Assembly (NCBI GenBank): GCA_017499595.2
Contig: CM039005.1
Span: forward strand, 2,604,001-2,668,000
Reading direction: 5' to 3'
Source: Psilocybe cubensis
Taxonomy: Eukaryota
Length of the DNA: 64,000 nt
The first letter of the stretch is position 1, and the number at the start of each line of letters is the position of its first letter. The position numbers and the translations under genes were made by a program. This document shows positions 1-13,489 of this stretch, in pieces. The notes under the pieces are model-generated. The model ran no database searches. It was given only the letters and a program-made list of their open reading frames with translations, and was not told the DNA's origin.

Positions 1-692
1 TGGTTCCTCTTTGAAACCGTGCCGCTGCTTGAGGCATACTAATTGTGGTTTGTGACGCAACCCGCATGTCGTATGGATCAGACATAGCTGATGAAAATGC
101 ATTCAAAGTTATTGAATGCGAATATGGGTATGCGGCACCGAACTCTCCCAACATGGACCCTAACTGGGGACTCTGGAACAGACCTTGAGTGCCGTAGCCG
201 TTGTTCCAATTCGTCGGACCCACCAGGACACTTGCATGTCCATCCCGGACAAATGAGTCGCCAGATAGGTAATCCCTGGCAAACCTGTCCTCGTCGTTTG
301 AAACAAGACCTGATTGCTGAGCCAATGCAAAGAGGTCCACGGGTATAGCAGGCTCGCTGCTCGAATGATAGTGGATTGTTAAATCGGGAGGAAAGACAAA
401 ATCTGAGCCAGCGGGCTCCTCGGATATTTGTATCCATATTTCTGGTGGGCCTGCGTGAGTGAAATCAATATCAGTTGAGTATAGCTGCACTTTTCAAATA
501 TAACGAGCCACTACCTGTGGAGATGGAGTTCCTGGCTGCTGGGCCTATGGGAATAGAGGGTGATTTAGCTGTGAGTGAAATCAATGTCAGTTGAGTATAG
601 CTTCGCGTTAGAACTTAATGATCACTACCTGTGGAGGTGGAGTTTCTGGCTGCTGGGCCTGCGGGAGTAGAGGGTGATTTAGCAGCGTCCAT
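1..692 (-). CDS. Family member A, 5' part; runs off the window start
   Basis: ATG at 692. Exons 692-629, 568-515 and 450-<1 with GT..AG introns give an open frame MDAAKSPSTPAGPAARNSTST-AKSPSIPIGPAARNSIST-GPPEIWIQISEEPAGSDFVFPPDLTIHYHSSSEPAIPVDLF...MPQAAARFQRGT. SDFxFP...PxIPxDLF matches member H; the end matches member B. Confidence 0.75.
455..683. repeat. Tandem duplication (~116 bp period) of one exon plus intron inside gene A
   Basis: gtgagtgaaatcaat.tcagttgagtatagct...cactacctgtggag.tggagtt.ctggctgctgggcct..ggga.tagagggtgatttagc occurs at 455-569 and 571-683. Confidence 0.9.
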
Positions 693-769
693 TCTGTATG
701 TATGATTGGGAGAGTGCGTTCGGTGAGTGAGATGAAAAAATTGATGTCTAAAAGTATAGAAAGGTGGCC

Positions 770-1050
770 TTTTAAATCGTCAAGTTGAGGTAGGGTGTGC
801 CTATGTACGTGAGGTTTGGGTCTTTCACTAATTACTCGAATTGAATGTATGGCTGACACACTTGCCGATGCGCAGTGAATGATCGCTGTTCATTTCCGAT
901 TGACATGCATTGCAGTGCACTGGAGTGTACCCATACGTGATCGATACCACTGTTCCAGTCCAAATAATCCAGTTTTATACTGACTCGAGGTTGAAATTTC
1001 ACTTTGAGGCAGTTTGACCGACATCACTTGTTCCTCGCGGCATGCGCATC
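770..1050 (-). promoter_or_regulatory. Conserved family upstream element, copy upstream of A
   Basis: Minus strand reads CCTCGAGTCAGTATAAAA...GCACTGCAAT...AACAGCG...ATTCAATTC...AACCTCACGTAC...GATTTAAAA. The same ordered motifs lie upstream of D, H and J. Confidence 0.7.
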
Positions 1051-3220
1051 ACGCATGCAACGTGGTGGCAGTGAGGTGGATATGCCAGTGCGTGTGAACC
1101 TTTCAAGTCGCCCAATCTCGTCCAATCCGCAACTTATCTAACTGAAAAACAGGGGTCAAATCCCAAACAGTGTAGAACTACCTGCCAGGATCTCGGAGCC
1201 TATCGTCTGTCACGGCCAATTATGATAATTAACCGGATGGCTTGCGTGAGCCAGAGTCAAGTCTTCTGAGCAGCAGCATTATATTATAGTATTCACAATC
1301 GTATGTTTTTCGGCGTATTGGGATGTTGTCTATCCCGACCTCGAACCAAGAATATGCTCGCTTAAATATATTCAGTATCCCAGACAGCATGCCTTTCTCA
1401 TATACCCATTTTTCCGTTCCTATTGCAGTTCCCATACACCGTTCCCTCCCATCTACATGCTCATCTAAGCTACAATCCCAATTCTTAAAATATTGACAAA
1501 CCCCTCAATATATATCTGCTGCGCCTCTCATTGCGTAATCCACAGCAATAAATCAGAGCGGAATCCCGCCCGGGGCTATTAAGCACTGTACGTCCCAGGG
1601 AGTCTTGCTTTGCAGTCTTCTTCCGTGCTGAACGTCCCTGTCGGATTCCATGAAATGCCCGTTTCACGCCCGAGGCCCGGGATATTGCAGAGTCAATATT
1701 TGACGGTTGCGTGGGAGGTGTATCTTCTGGAATTGTGATGGCATAAGTGAACTTTTCACAATATAAAGATGGGTCATTTACATGTGGACATCGTTTCTTC
1801 AGCGCTATTGGCAGTCACTTTGATGGGTGAACTGACGGTATCATAATTTGATACTTCGAGTTTGCCATGACTATCTGCGATGCTAGAAACAAGAACAACA
1901 TGCAGCATATCAGTCAACAGCGACGTTCATTAAAGAAGTTTTCAGACACGTACCTTGACCCACTACCGCTCTGAAGCGGCTCATCCCCCTGGTTTCTCTT
2001 CCTGGACACTCTGTCCTGGCTCTCGTTTGATTTCCTACTCACTCCATGAATCAGACATATATCCAACGAGAGGGAAAAAAGGCAAAAATTTCATACCTTT
2101 GATTTTGGGCTGGATCGCGCCCGTGCGCTCTGGCTGGGGGCAGTATTCCAGTTTCTGGAATCTCCTCCAAATCAAATGTAAAAATTTCAGTCCTAGATTC
2201 TCTCTCCTGGTGAGATAACATTGGCTGTGCTGTTGTGCTGTGGTTACTTCCTCTCTGAAACTGTGCCGCTGCTTGAGGCAGACCGATTGTGGCTTGCGAT
2301 GAAACCCGCCGCGTTTCGTCTGGACCAGACATTACTGTATGGGTGAGAGTGTGTGTTCGGTGAGGGAGATGAAAATATTCGGCACACTGGAGTGTATCTA
2401 TACGTGTCGATACCACTGTTCCAGTCCAAAAAATCCAGTTTTATACCGACTCGTGGACAAAATCTCACTTCGAATCAGTTTGACCGACATCATTCCTTCC
2501 TCGTCCCTCTTGCGGCATGCGCATCATCCACTGCGCAACGTGGTGGAAGTTAGGTGGATATGCGTGTGATGCTTTGTAGTCACGGTCCCCCAATGACAAT
2601 CTCGCCCAATCCGCAACTCATCTCTCTGAAAAACAGGGGTCGAATTCCAAACGGTGTAAACCTATCTGCTAGGTAAATCTCGGAGCCATTCGTATGTCAC
2701 GGCCAATCATGATAACTAACCGGATAGCTTGCATGAGCCAGAGTCCTGTATTCGCAATCGGATGTTTTTCGGCGTCTTGGGGTGTTCCTCTATCCCGACG
2801 TCGAACCAGGAAAATGCTCATTTAAATATACTCAGTATCCCAGACATCATGACTTTCTTAAAATACCTTTCGAATCATAATTCATTTACCCATCTTTCCG
2901 TTCCAAGTGTCGTTCCCGTACACCGTCCCTCCCACTCGCATCTACACGCTCATCGAAGCTACAATCCCGATTCCTACAATATTGACAAACCTCTCAAAAT
3001 ATATCCGCTACACCTCTCATTACATTCTCTACAGCGCCAAATCATATCGGAATCTCCGCGCGGGGAGCCTATACACCGTCCGTCCAATCTCGCTTTGATT
3101 TACAGGCTTCTTCCGGCCTTGCTGAACGTCTCCGTCTGACCCTATTGAACGACGGTTTCGCGCCGGTGGTGACCATTTCAAAGTCAATGTTGGACGGCGG
3201 TGTAGGCTGTGTATCTTCAA
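920..3220. repeat. Direct segmental duplication, ~920-1720 vs ~2384-3220
   Basis: Colinear similarity, e.g. cactggagtgta..., gataccactgttccagtccaaa, gtcacggccaat.atgataa.taaccggat, cagtatcccagaca.catg. Each unit is an upstream element plus the 3' end of the neighbouring paralogue. Confidence 0.85.
1774..2332 (-). CDS. Family member B, internally deleted mini-paralogue (~141 aa) or pseudogene
   Basis: ATG 2332; exons 2332-2097, 2034-1954, 1882-1774. Contains FTFDLEEIPETGILP and SRKRNQGDEPLQSGSGS, which match member D. A stranded, frameshifted terminal segment (SPGR/GFRSDL) lies at ~1545-1725. Confidence 0.55.
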
Positions 3221-3400
3221 GTTCCGGAACCATGGACACTACAAGGGAGTGAAATTGACCAATTGATGATCCTGGAGATGTCGTTCATGGTTTGGATGAG
3301 AGCAAGTCGTCTTGGAAGTGTGATATTGGGTCGGGTCCAACTCCTTAGAGATGGATGTGTAACGGCGTTCACGGTTGAGGTATACGATTGGAGCTATAAA
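3029..3400 (-). pseudogene. Family member C, terminal-exon remnant
   Basis: Encodes EDTQPTPPSNIDF... then, after a frameshift, RKKPVNQSEIGRTVYRLPARRFRYDLAL*. Homologous to the stranded last segment of B; no 5' exons found. Confidence 0.6.
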
Positions 3401-3465
3401 GAATAGGAAATGAAATTCAGTTAATTGACCTCGAGCTTGATGATTGCCAGTGGCGATCCACACAT

Positions 3466-3720
3466 CGACTTCAAGGTAATTGTCAGAACTGTACTTGTTC
3501 GGCTTGACGGCATGATGCGCAGTACATCACATTAGAACTCCGCCTGTTCACGTTCACGGCGGAAGGAGGTGGACTTCGACTTGATGCTGTGACTCACAAT
3601 TTGTACAAACATGCTTCCAGCCACATTCAACTCTAATGATCTGGTTGCCACTCTACCAACGATGTATACTCCCTGAATCGTAAGCAATGTTTAAATTGTT
3701 GGGATTTTTCATGTTTTTGA
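3466..3720. repeat. Dispersed block X, copy 1 of 3 (others ~8671-8945 and ~15838-16070)
   Basis: Shared gttcggcttgacggcat...actccg...atgcttccagccacat...gtaag.aat...ttgggattttt. Confidence 0.8.
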
Positions 3721-4954
3721 ACATGCGTATCATGACGCTAATACGAACAAAGGTGCACTCCTCATCACGAAGCGCATGTACACAACCACAAGATATCGAA
3801 CGAAGCTCGTAGTCAGCTACAGCTAAAACACCACCACCTGGAACAGAAGCTGACACCCACATGACGCAACACCTGGCGCGCTCGTCGCATTCCGTCCGCA
3901 TACAGATACCCGACGTCGATTCCCTTGCCCTCAGGCCTGAGGCGCCGCATTTTTGAACATTTCCCCCGCGTCCAACGCGTGTGTGGGTACGACGCTCAGG
4001 CAGCTTGTAGGGTGGGTGGAGTGGAGCGGTATGGGGTGGATGGGATCATGCTATGTTGTTGATGAGATGAGGGGGTTGGAGCACAGTGCAATAGGTGTTG
4101 CGGAAGCTGAGACGGCAGGTGCGGGTTCGTGTACGGGGTTTGGAGGGAAAGGAACGGAAGGAGTGAGATGGAGGACCGTGACGTACCTGTGTCTGCGCTG
4201 TCTTTATCCACCTCCACCTCCGCCTCTACCAGCGCCAGCGCTCATGTATACCTCGACACATCCCATCTAGCAGATGCCTCCCCACACTCCGTCGACCTCT
4301 TTTTCTGTACATGCACCAAAATGGGGTGGTTCGTGTGAGTGGAGTGTACCGTCGTGGATGCTTACACGTCAATCCTGGAAAGGGGAAGAAGGCAATTATG
4401 TTGATGGGGCGGGAGACAGAGATAAAAGTGACAGAGGCAGGGGTGGAGGGGGACGGAAAGGGAAACGGGGAGGGGAAGAGAGACTGGAGAAAATGAGACG
4501 GAGAAGGATAAAGGGAAATAGTGCAATTCTGATATCAAAGCCAACTCGCATCATAAAACTCTCACCCACCGTATCCGCCCCGCACCTGCAGTGCTACGCA
4601 CACCAATAAAAACAGGGTCTCCTTGGCGTAACGTCCGTGAGGGCCGTCACGTTTCTCAGTGCGGGTATGGTATAGGCTTCGGGGATGCGCTTTTGGGACG
4701 CGCGGAGGAGGCTTCTGGGGGGGCGGTCAGGGACTTGGAGGAGCATGATGAAGAAGAATGCGAGGAGAGATAATGCGCAGGCGATAGTGTGCTTGCTGGC
4801 TGAAAAGCTTCTTAGACACAGACATGTCCGAGTCCGCGGTGAATGCACATGGGAGCTTAGAATGCACATAAATGGGGGATTTGCGCTTTCAAAGAATACT
4901 GGGATCTCCCTCCAGTCTGAGTCTCTGTCGGAGGTATGTCGGAATAGCGCCGCG

Positions 4955-6190
4955 CATTCAAACTCCGCCTATTTATCCCATCGACTGCGCTCGATCGCGT
5001 TTCTTTGTGCAACACTCACCTCAAAGCTTTCGCCACTCTCAAACTCTTTTTGGAGGCGTTCAGTTTAGAGATAAAGCTTAAAGGTTAGCATTTATCTTGA
5101 ATTTCCTCTGTACGCCTCATTGTTGGTTTGCTCATCAGTGACACCATCGCGATGTGCCACACACTTTGCATACCCTGCTAGACCGAGCGTTTCAGGATGT
5201 TCCAGCAAGTCTGAAAACTACGAGTAACTCATGTCAAGACACCTTTACCACCATTACAGAGCGCGATATCTTTCAAGAAATTCATATTCGCCGTCTGGTT
5301 CGTCAGTGGCACCTTTCCTATTAGTTCTCACCGTTCCGGGTTTTATCAGATCATCACCATTACACACGTATATCACGCACGGAAATGGATCTTCAAGCGC
5401 ATCTACGCTCGTCAGCCACTGTGTGTAGGTACATTCAAAGTCTGGGGGCCATTTTGACTCAGCTTGCTCCGGTCGATAGATGTCCACTTGCATCCAAGCT
5501 CCCGTGCCACTGACAACGCATCCCCTCCCACTTTGCAGTAGATTGCACCATATCGGCAGGCGCGCGTATGTGCGTATGTCTATTTCATACATCGTTGGAC
5601 AATGACTTGTTTTCCGAGTCTTCAGTCGCGATGCGATGTGATACGGTATCGTCTACCACGCGCGGGCGTTTTCGGATCATGATGCATGATGATGCCTTTG
5701 TCTGTCTTGTCGGCCCCTTTCATGCATCCAACATCGCTTACACTCCCCCGTCACCCCTTGCTAACTTACCATTGCAGAAACACTCCCAAGAACGGCACAT
5801 GCAAATCACGAATCATATCGCGCCCGGATCTCGAAGGATAACCTCAGGCTTAGACTCTCGCTCCTATTTGCATCACACCTGCGTCCCTGCAAACGGACAC
5901 GCAACGTGTAACTGCAAATGCGATGCCATGATTTTCCTCAGGTACACCTTCGAGTAACGTATATGGAGGATATGATTTCTTGCATGCGCCATTCTACAAT
6001 TTCGTACACTCTCAACAAACTTCCTACCCAACTACATATCACCCGCACGGCTTGTCTTCTGCTCTATCACATCAAGGCAGCGTTTCTCCAATGTCCTCCC
6101 CTCGAGGCAGGACACAGAGCGCGCCTTTGTAGCAATAGACAGATATGCTTGCCGTGCGCAGCGTGCATATTTGTATCTTACAAAGTGGAC
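4955..6190. repeat. Dispersed block Y/Z, copy 1 of 3 (others ~9485-10900 and ~17200-17980)
   Basis: All three copies share cacatcaaggcag...cgcctttg..g..atagacagata. Copies 1 and 2 also share acactcacctca and gtcagtggcac; copies 2 and 3 share aggaagatgcgt...gtg.cttc.ctcg. Confidence 0.75.
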
Positions 6191-9100
6191 AGTTCACTAC
6201 CGTTCCCTGCTGCTACTACCAAGGCACATAGAGGCACATAGTCATAGTCGTAGTCATAGATAGTCAGCTTGTGGTCGCTCAATTCGTCTCAAAACTCTAT
6301 ATATAAACCATATAATTTCAGTACTTTGCTCAGGAGACACCGCGTTCATTCCGAATAAAGTATGCGTGGTATTAGAAGCCCGACTAACGTGTTCTACTAG
6401 ATATTACAACAACGCATTCGGAACGATAACAAGTGCAAGCATTGAAAAAGGGAATACAAATGTATGAGAGAAGGTCTGTCGAGCATAGCTGTAAGTGGCA
6501 ACTTCAACTGGCGACAGTATACGCTGTGATTGTGTTTTTGGATCACGGACGGCTGTGAGTATCTTATCTACCTACTTAGAAAGAAAAAGAAACAACAGAG
6601 AATCTAACGAGAAGTTAGTATATTCATATCATAATGAAAGTAGAAGGCAAACTTACTTAGAATAATGAGGTCAAACGCATCAGATCTCTTGAGACTCGGG
6701 TGTTTGACAGAGCTGGGGGTGCTCTCATAGCGTGGCATCGGACGCGATAGTGTGCTTTGATGTTTATGTTTAAAAGCACTTGATAATTGCCGACTGTATT
6801 CATTTGGAGACTTGTGTGGCGGAATAGATTACCCCCCAAGCCTTGATTATTTTTGTGATGACGAAGGCAGAAGTTTAGTGGAGTTGTATGGGGGTACGAG
6901 TCGTGAACACCTGGGATAACATATTGAGACGATGAATTAAAGAAGCCACAGCTTACACTCACCAGAGAAGAGATCTTTCCACGTAAAGACCTGACGCATA
7001 AGCTATTAACTACTTTAAAACAAAACCAAAACGAATATAAGCGAAAGCAAAAGCAAAAACGAGACAGCTAAGATAGTAAACAAGATTAGGCTTAATGAGA
7101 AACGTTAATTGACGGGCGGACTCACATACGAAAAGGAAACAAGTACTCCAAGATCTGACCTGACAGCGAATGGCTACTCGATTGGTGATCCGATGTATGC
7201 CAATGAGCGAATAGTAGATGCACTGAGTGTGACAAGTTATAATGCGGTTGAAGTGCAGAAGGATAGGCCATTAGAAAAGCAGCTCTGCGGGGGCGAAATT
7301 AGATGGTACTGTCAGAGGGATACTAAACCCACCAGTCATGATCTTTCCAAAGACACGACAGGGCAATGGATATTTCGACTATAAGGAGGATAACTCTATG
7401 TCTCTAACATTGCATCTCAAAAGTTGAAAGACTAATGGACATTAGATACTCACTGAGGGCCCTTTCCACATAATGTTTGTCCATATCCCAACCAAACCGG
7501 TATGATACTACAGCACAAAACAATAAGCAAAAATGCAATAAATCAAACTTGAGGAATTGAAGATGTTGAACATATGTAAGGTTGCATGGGATTGCACCAG
7601 TTGTCCAACACTGTACGGTATGGTCATATCGTCTGAGGCTGCGGAGGAATAAGTCAACCATATCAAACAACCAAAGGGTTAAACTGACCTGACGCCAACC
7701 ACCACTTGCCTAGGCCCACCCAACACACAAGGTCCAAAGCAAGCTTTTATCAATCTCCACCCCTGCGATTCACGGTAGAAGCGACGATGTCCTGCAAATC
7801 TACCGCTACTGCTTAGGGGGGTGGGCGAACCAACCAGCACTCCGTACCTCACCCCCTGGTTTCCACGACCCCCGATTAACAGGGGTGGCGGCGGGGGGGG
7901 TGCCACACATCGAGCGGGTAGGGTCAAATTTCAGCTGCCCCGCATGTCATAAGACAATCGCGCACTCCAGCCTGACACCAGCAGACTGAAGATACGCGAC
8001 CAGGATGGAGTGGTATACTTCTGTGCTGGGCTTCTTGACCGTTGTGTGTGTGTGAGCCTGCATTGTGTGGGGCTGGTTAGTCGCTGTTAGGGAGATGGGA
8101 CAGACGTTGGTTGGTCCAGGGCGGGTTGATGAAATTGCTGTGAGGCGTTGTGAGAGGCGTTTTAACCTAGGCGAGATGGACTTACGCATGTGAGGAGATG
8201 TCAGGCCAATAACAGTGAAGATAGCTCAAGGCGGGATGATGAAAGTGCTACCAAACAATGTTATTAGAAAGTTTGATAAAGGCGGGCTGTCTTTAACTTA
8301 CCTTGGTGGATTGAAGCTAACACAAGGATAAGAGTCGACATCGTCGTCAAAGATATATGCAGTAGGTCTTCCGAAATGTAGTGGGATGACAGTGGAAGAA
8401 AGTCAAGAGACGATGGGGGTCTCTTTTCCTGTCCGTCCGATTCTTATACCCTCTCAGGGCATGTTCTTGTTTGTTTCCAGCCTCTCTCGATCTCTGACAT
8501 GTCATCCGCCACTCCGAAAAGAGAACTTGAATTACTAAAAAGGGTGATTTGTACGTCATCAGTACACGCGCAATACAGGACAAACCGGGATTGGCGTCTT
8601 ATGGGTAAATAACAAACTTACTAGACGAAATATCCTGTTTAAAGCTGGAATCAAGGTCGATAATTACGATGACTTCAAGGTAATTGACGCCCCGTTCGGC
8701 TTGACGGCATAATTCACATGCGTGGTGACCACATTAAAACTCCGATTGTTTACGGCGGAGCGAGACGTGAACGCGACTTGACACGGTGACATGCACTCTG
8801 AACTAGAAACCCCGTTCCCTATATCCCTATGCTTCCAGCCACATCGAATGTGCTACGCCCTTCAAGTTTCACTGATATTCCCAATTGAAATTCACAGATA
8901 AAGTAAGCCTTTGTAAGTAATCTTCTTTGGGATTTTTTATGGTTTACGAGACGTGCTATAGGCGCTGCGCTTCTAAGGTACTACTTGATTCAGTTGCGGT
9001 CATTTATTCATCAGTACCGGTTTCAGAATTCAGTGCACCCGAAGCTGCTTACGGGCTAAAATATACGGATACATTGCAACACAATATTGGTTTTGGGTTT

Positions 9101-11268
9101 TGCGCAATGCGCAGACACGGACCCGGACAGTACGGACTCATCTTCATAGAGCATGGGTACGTAGAGTTTTAAGGATTGTACTCGGAGTCAGCTACAGCTA
9201 GGGAAGCAACACTAGCAACAGAAGCTCACGTCGATTAGGATGGCGATGGCCATGTGAAGATGGATGCAGATGCAGATTCCAACAGGGAACCGGATGATGA
9301 TGCGGGCGGGTGCGGGTTCATATATGGATAAGCAGGTGATGTACTCCGCTGCTGCTTCTGTTTCTGCAGACGGGAGTGGCGGCAGTGGAGGAGGAGGAGG
9401 GTTGGGCACCGGCATAGGTGCGTCGTTGAAGCGGCCTTGGTGCGCTATCATTGTCTGAGGCAATACCCAAGTGCCACGCCACGCTTTCCGTTTATCCCTT
9501 TGATTGGACTGTGCTACTCATTCGCGCCTTTGTGTTGCTTTTGACTGTCGACACTCACCTCACGCCTTAAAGGAGAGGTTCGGTCAGGGCATGCTCCACT
9601 GTGAATCTCTCAAAATTGGTGGAGGCACTGCGATCTTTAGGTGTGTATACAGGTGAGTGTTTCTCTCCATTTACTTACCTCGGAAGCATCCTCATTCATC
9701 ATCACCGTCTGTTGCAGTTTCCTCCCTTCTCAGAAGTGCAATCTTTGCTATGTACCACCCTTGCACATACAGAATAACTCATATACATACAGGCACTGAC
9801 AATGGGCTTCGGTCTTACGGTTTGTGATGGATTTGAAAGAAGAAAGAAGGAACTGATCTTCGTTGTCCGTCATTGGTGCGTCAGTGGCACGGTCCTTCCC
9901 ATTAACTGCCATTGTGTCATCTTTAAATGTTCAGCTGTTCTCACAGTCTACACTCTCGATGCGATTTGTGGCGCACATGGGCGTTTCCAGACCTTGACTC
10001 CTTCGTGTTTGCTCACCTTTTTCTTTGTTCATATTTTCATCATCTCTCCCTTTACATTGTGAGATCCTTTTTCCTCCATTACCCCTACCCTACTTTCTAA
10101 CTGCAGAAAGAATGGCGCATGTAAATCATTTTTGCGCCTCCATCTCGAGATAACCTTGTGCTCGCTTTGTATTGGACGCAAACACGATTACATGTACAAG
10201 TTTGAGTAATTGAATGCACCAAATGCCGTTTGCATGCGCCATAGAGGTTTGTCTTCGGTTTTTATCCACTGTCTCCAATCCTTAGCCACCAGCTCTCCTC
10301 CGATGTGAGCCGCATGGACTGGGACCCCCTTCTTTTGCTAGGAAGATGCGTCAGGGTGTCTTCCCTCGTACTTTGCAACAACATGTGTAAATGATGATGA
10401 TATGCAATATCGATAGCAGCACCCTAAACCACCTTCAGCGCGTCTTTTTTCGGCGCATTCTCATTCTTCTTCGCTGACCACTCTGTCACTGTAACTTAGG
10501 ACTTTGGTTTCGTTATCTATGTATAGCGACGCGCTTTTTCCTTTGGTGCATTGTCTCCCCGCAGCCCCCGTCAGGAATGCCATGATTATAACCATACATA
10601 TATCTATTCAAATTGACCCCTTTTTTCAAAGAATTTTTGTATCACCCGTATGTGCATGTCCTCTTCTGTACCACATCAAGGCAGTAGTTCTTAAAGATCC
10701 GCCCTGGTTTGGTGAGATATAGAACTCGCCTTTGAAGGTATAGACAGATAAACTTGATATGTGTGTGCATATGTGTGTTCTTACCTAGAGGACAATTTCG
10801 CTGTCATTCCCCACCGTGTGTACGGATAACAGTCGATATCAAAATTAATATTGGATGCTTCGAACAGCTGACTTTTCTGAAGCTGTGGAGGTTAAAATAC
10901 ATGTACTTAATAGATTCAACGTGTCTAGTCGTATGGCATTTAAATTCTAATTTTCAAAGTGCTTCCCTTGAATATGCCACTTTTTGACTTCTCATCCATT
11001 TATCTGATTCTTTGCAGAAGCAGATGAAAGATCGCTGAAGACACTCTTGTTTCCTTAATTATCGCACCATGACCAATCACATCGTCGGTGGGAATCAGAT
11101 AAATATATTTGGATGGCATGTGCACGACCAGCATGCTCCTTGCACTCCTAACCTCTTCCCATTAATGCCTCTGCTTCCAAACACTTGGTCCACTGTCCTG
11201 CTATCTACTCAGTTGAGGAACAATGGATGAAATTTTGTATAAAAGTAGAAGCCTATGTGAGTACTTAT

Positions 11269-12570
11269 CTACTCTACTATTCTATGACAATGCACACATC
11301 TCACTGCCAGTGTCATCGATTCCTTTGACCAACATCCTCTTCCTGGGCACCTTCGGGCACCATAATATGTCTCAAAAGGCAACGGTTCGCCATCCGCTCC
11401 CAGCTGTAGGCAGACGCACACTATCTCCGGTTTCATCTGCTCCTCTTTCGCTTTCTTTGAGGCTTTTGGGGACCTAGAGGCGTCACACGCAACATATCAG
11501 CCATCAGCAGTTGATCACTAGTTCGCAAGCACGTACCTCGATCCACTGCCGCTTGGAAGCGGCTCGTCCCCCCGTTTTCTCTTCCTGGGCTTTCCTACAC
11601 TGCTTGATTGGCTATCCATTCCATGAATCAGACATTCATTCAATGTGAGGGGGAAAACCAAAATTCTTACCTTTGGGGGTATATTGTGTCATAGCCTTGT
11701 GATTCCATAGGGTGTATTCCCATTATTGGGACCACTTCTGGCTCAAATGTTAAGATATTTTGGTTTTTTTCACTCGCTGGTGCGGATAATGCTGCCTGGG
11801 ACATCATGTTATGACTGAGTCTCCTATGCGACGGTGGATTTCTTTGAGGCGCAGTGACTATGGGTGGCTGCTCAAACTGCATGTTATGATCAACGAAAGG
11901 AGATGGGTTTAAATGAGGGTGCGTGGTACCAAGACTTGTACCACCAGTATCGCTCCATTCACTCCTGCTGTTGTTGGTATGAAGCTGAAGAGCAGATTCC
12001 TCGATTATAGAACGAAAATTTCTGGACAGATTTTGACATGGAACATCGTAGGCGTCATTCCATCCCGCTGGATGCATGCCACGTTCCACCCAGTCAAACG
12101 AGCCGGGTAAACGAATATCATCCTGAAGGTGCATGGTACCCAAAGTTGTACTGTCACCATTGCTCCAGTCATTGCCACTGATTTCATGAGGAATAGAAGA
12201 CTCATCATTGGTAGGTCCTGACTGTAGATTCTGACTTGGAACATCATATGCTTGACTCAGCTCCCCCGGTTCCGTGTCGTTTCTCTCCGGGTAGAATGTA
12301 TCGCCAGCAAGAGGGAGCATAGAATCCAAAGGTAACGTCAATTCCTCATATGGAAGAATCGCATTATGAGGAAATACGGATTCAGAAAAATCTGAGGTGT
12401 TGGGTGGCTGTAGAGACGTCGTCAAACTTCCGGAGATCGTATCGTTAGGCGCTGTGGGAATGAAACATCAGATAAGCAAAGTTTGTGTTTACGAGCTGTA
12501 ATTGACCAATACCTTGCGAGTTGATTCCCAACAGGCCTAGGTTCTTAGATTGCGAGCAAGCCCTGTCCAT
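11269..12570 (-). CDS. Family member D (type 1): 372-aa disordered protein with NLS-like segment and C-terminal CxC...CxxCH module
   Basis: Exons 12570-12513, 12451-11671, 11611-11537, 11473-11269 splice in frame (1119 nt). Contains LTFEPEVVPIMGIHP, KPRKRKRGDEPLPSG and IVCVCLQLGADGEPLPFETYYGARRCPGRGCWSKESMTLAVRCVHCHRIVE*. Confidence 0.85.
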
Positions 12571-12647
12571 AATGTGCGAGTTTGCAAAGATAACGTTCTT
12601 TGTAGGAGATGGAGAAAATTGACGTGAAGAACATCACAGAATGCGTC

Positions 12648-12930
12648 ATTTAAATCTTTGAGATGGGTTCTGACGGCGCGTATGTACGTGAGGTTGTAGT
12701 CTTCCACTAATTACCTGAATTGACTGAGTGGTTGACACACTTGTTGGATGCGAAGTGATTTATTGAGGCTGTTATTCATTTCCCATGCAGTGCTGACGCA
12801 CCGGAGTAGTGTACCCATTCATGATCAATACCGCAGTTCCAGTCCAAAGAATCCTGTTTTATACAGACTCGAGGTCAAAATGTTATAACTTCGAGGCATT
12901 TTTGACAGACATCGTTTATTCATTGTACGG
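12648..12930 (-). promoter_or_regulatory. Conserved family upstream element, copy upstream of D
   Basis: Minus strand CCTCGAGTCTGTATAAAA...GCACTGCAT...AACAGC...CCACTCAGTCAATTC...AACCTCACGTAC...GATTTAAA; the proximal box is ~80 bp before the ATG. Confidence 0.7.
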
Positions 12931-13489
12931 CAAGGGCACAGGCATGTCGCGTGATGGCAGCGAGGTACATTCATGCGTGTGAACCTTGAGGCCTTGAGGT
13001 TGCGCAATTCGACGCAACACCGCCTCCCTCGATCTTTGACATGTCACCTAGCACCTGCCACTCCTAAAAGAGAAACTAAGTTACCAAAAAGGATGGCTTG
13101 TCTGTTGGGTAGCTTTCTTTATTCACTGTCGTTGATAACCCGTTCCATGAGGTTGATCTCATTGTGCAGAGTCAAAGGCTCTTTTCGACCATGATAGACT
13201 CATTTAAGTAGATAGCACAAGCCATTTACAATCTGTGCTTCAATGACATCATATAATTCAAAGAAGGTCTGATAAGATAAATATACATATTACATTTGAT
13301 GCATGATGGATTGATTATCTTAAAGTATGCTCGGATTCTATCCGAACCATCCCATCTCTTCCATCGATTTCATCGTCATATAACCCCTACTCCTTTGTAT
13401 ACGTTGCAGTTGCATTTAGGGAAGAACTGTTGAGACTCTTATTGCGGAAATCTAGATGAGTGGATCATTTATTAAATGGTAGGATGTGC

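Noticed and set aside
6650-7560. PIF1/Helitron helicase remnant on the minus strand (QL..SAFVIT..NQGL)
   Set aside because: Only a frameshifted partial resemblance to one motif, with no other helicase motifs readable. Needs tBLASTn.
9264-9458. Pheromone precursor or B mating locus (short ORF ending WCAIIV; STE6-like fragment elsewhere in the window)
   Set aside because: The Cys is fifth from the end, so it is not CaaX; the ORF lies in a degenerate spacer; no STE3-like receptor is visible; the STE6 copy is a broken fragment.
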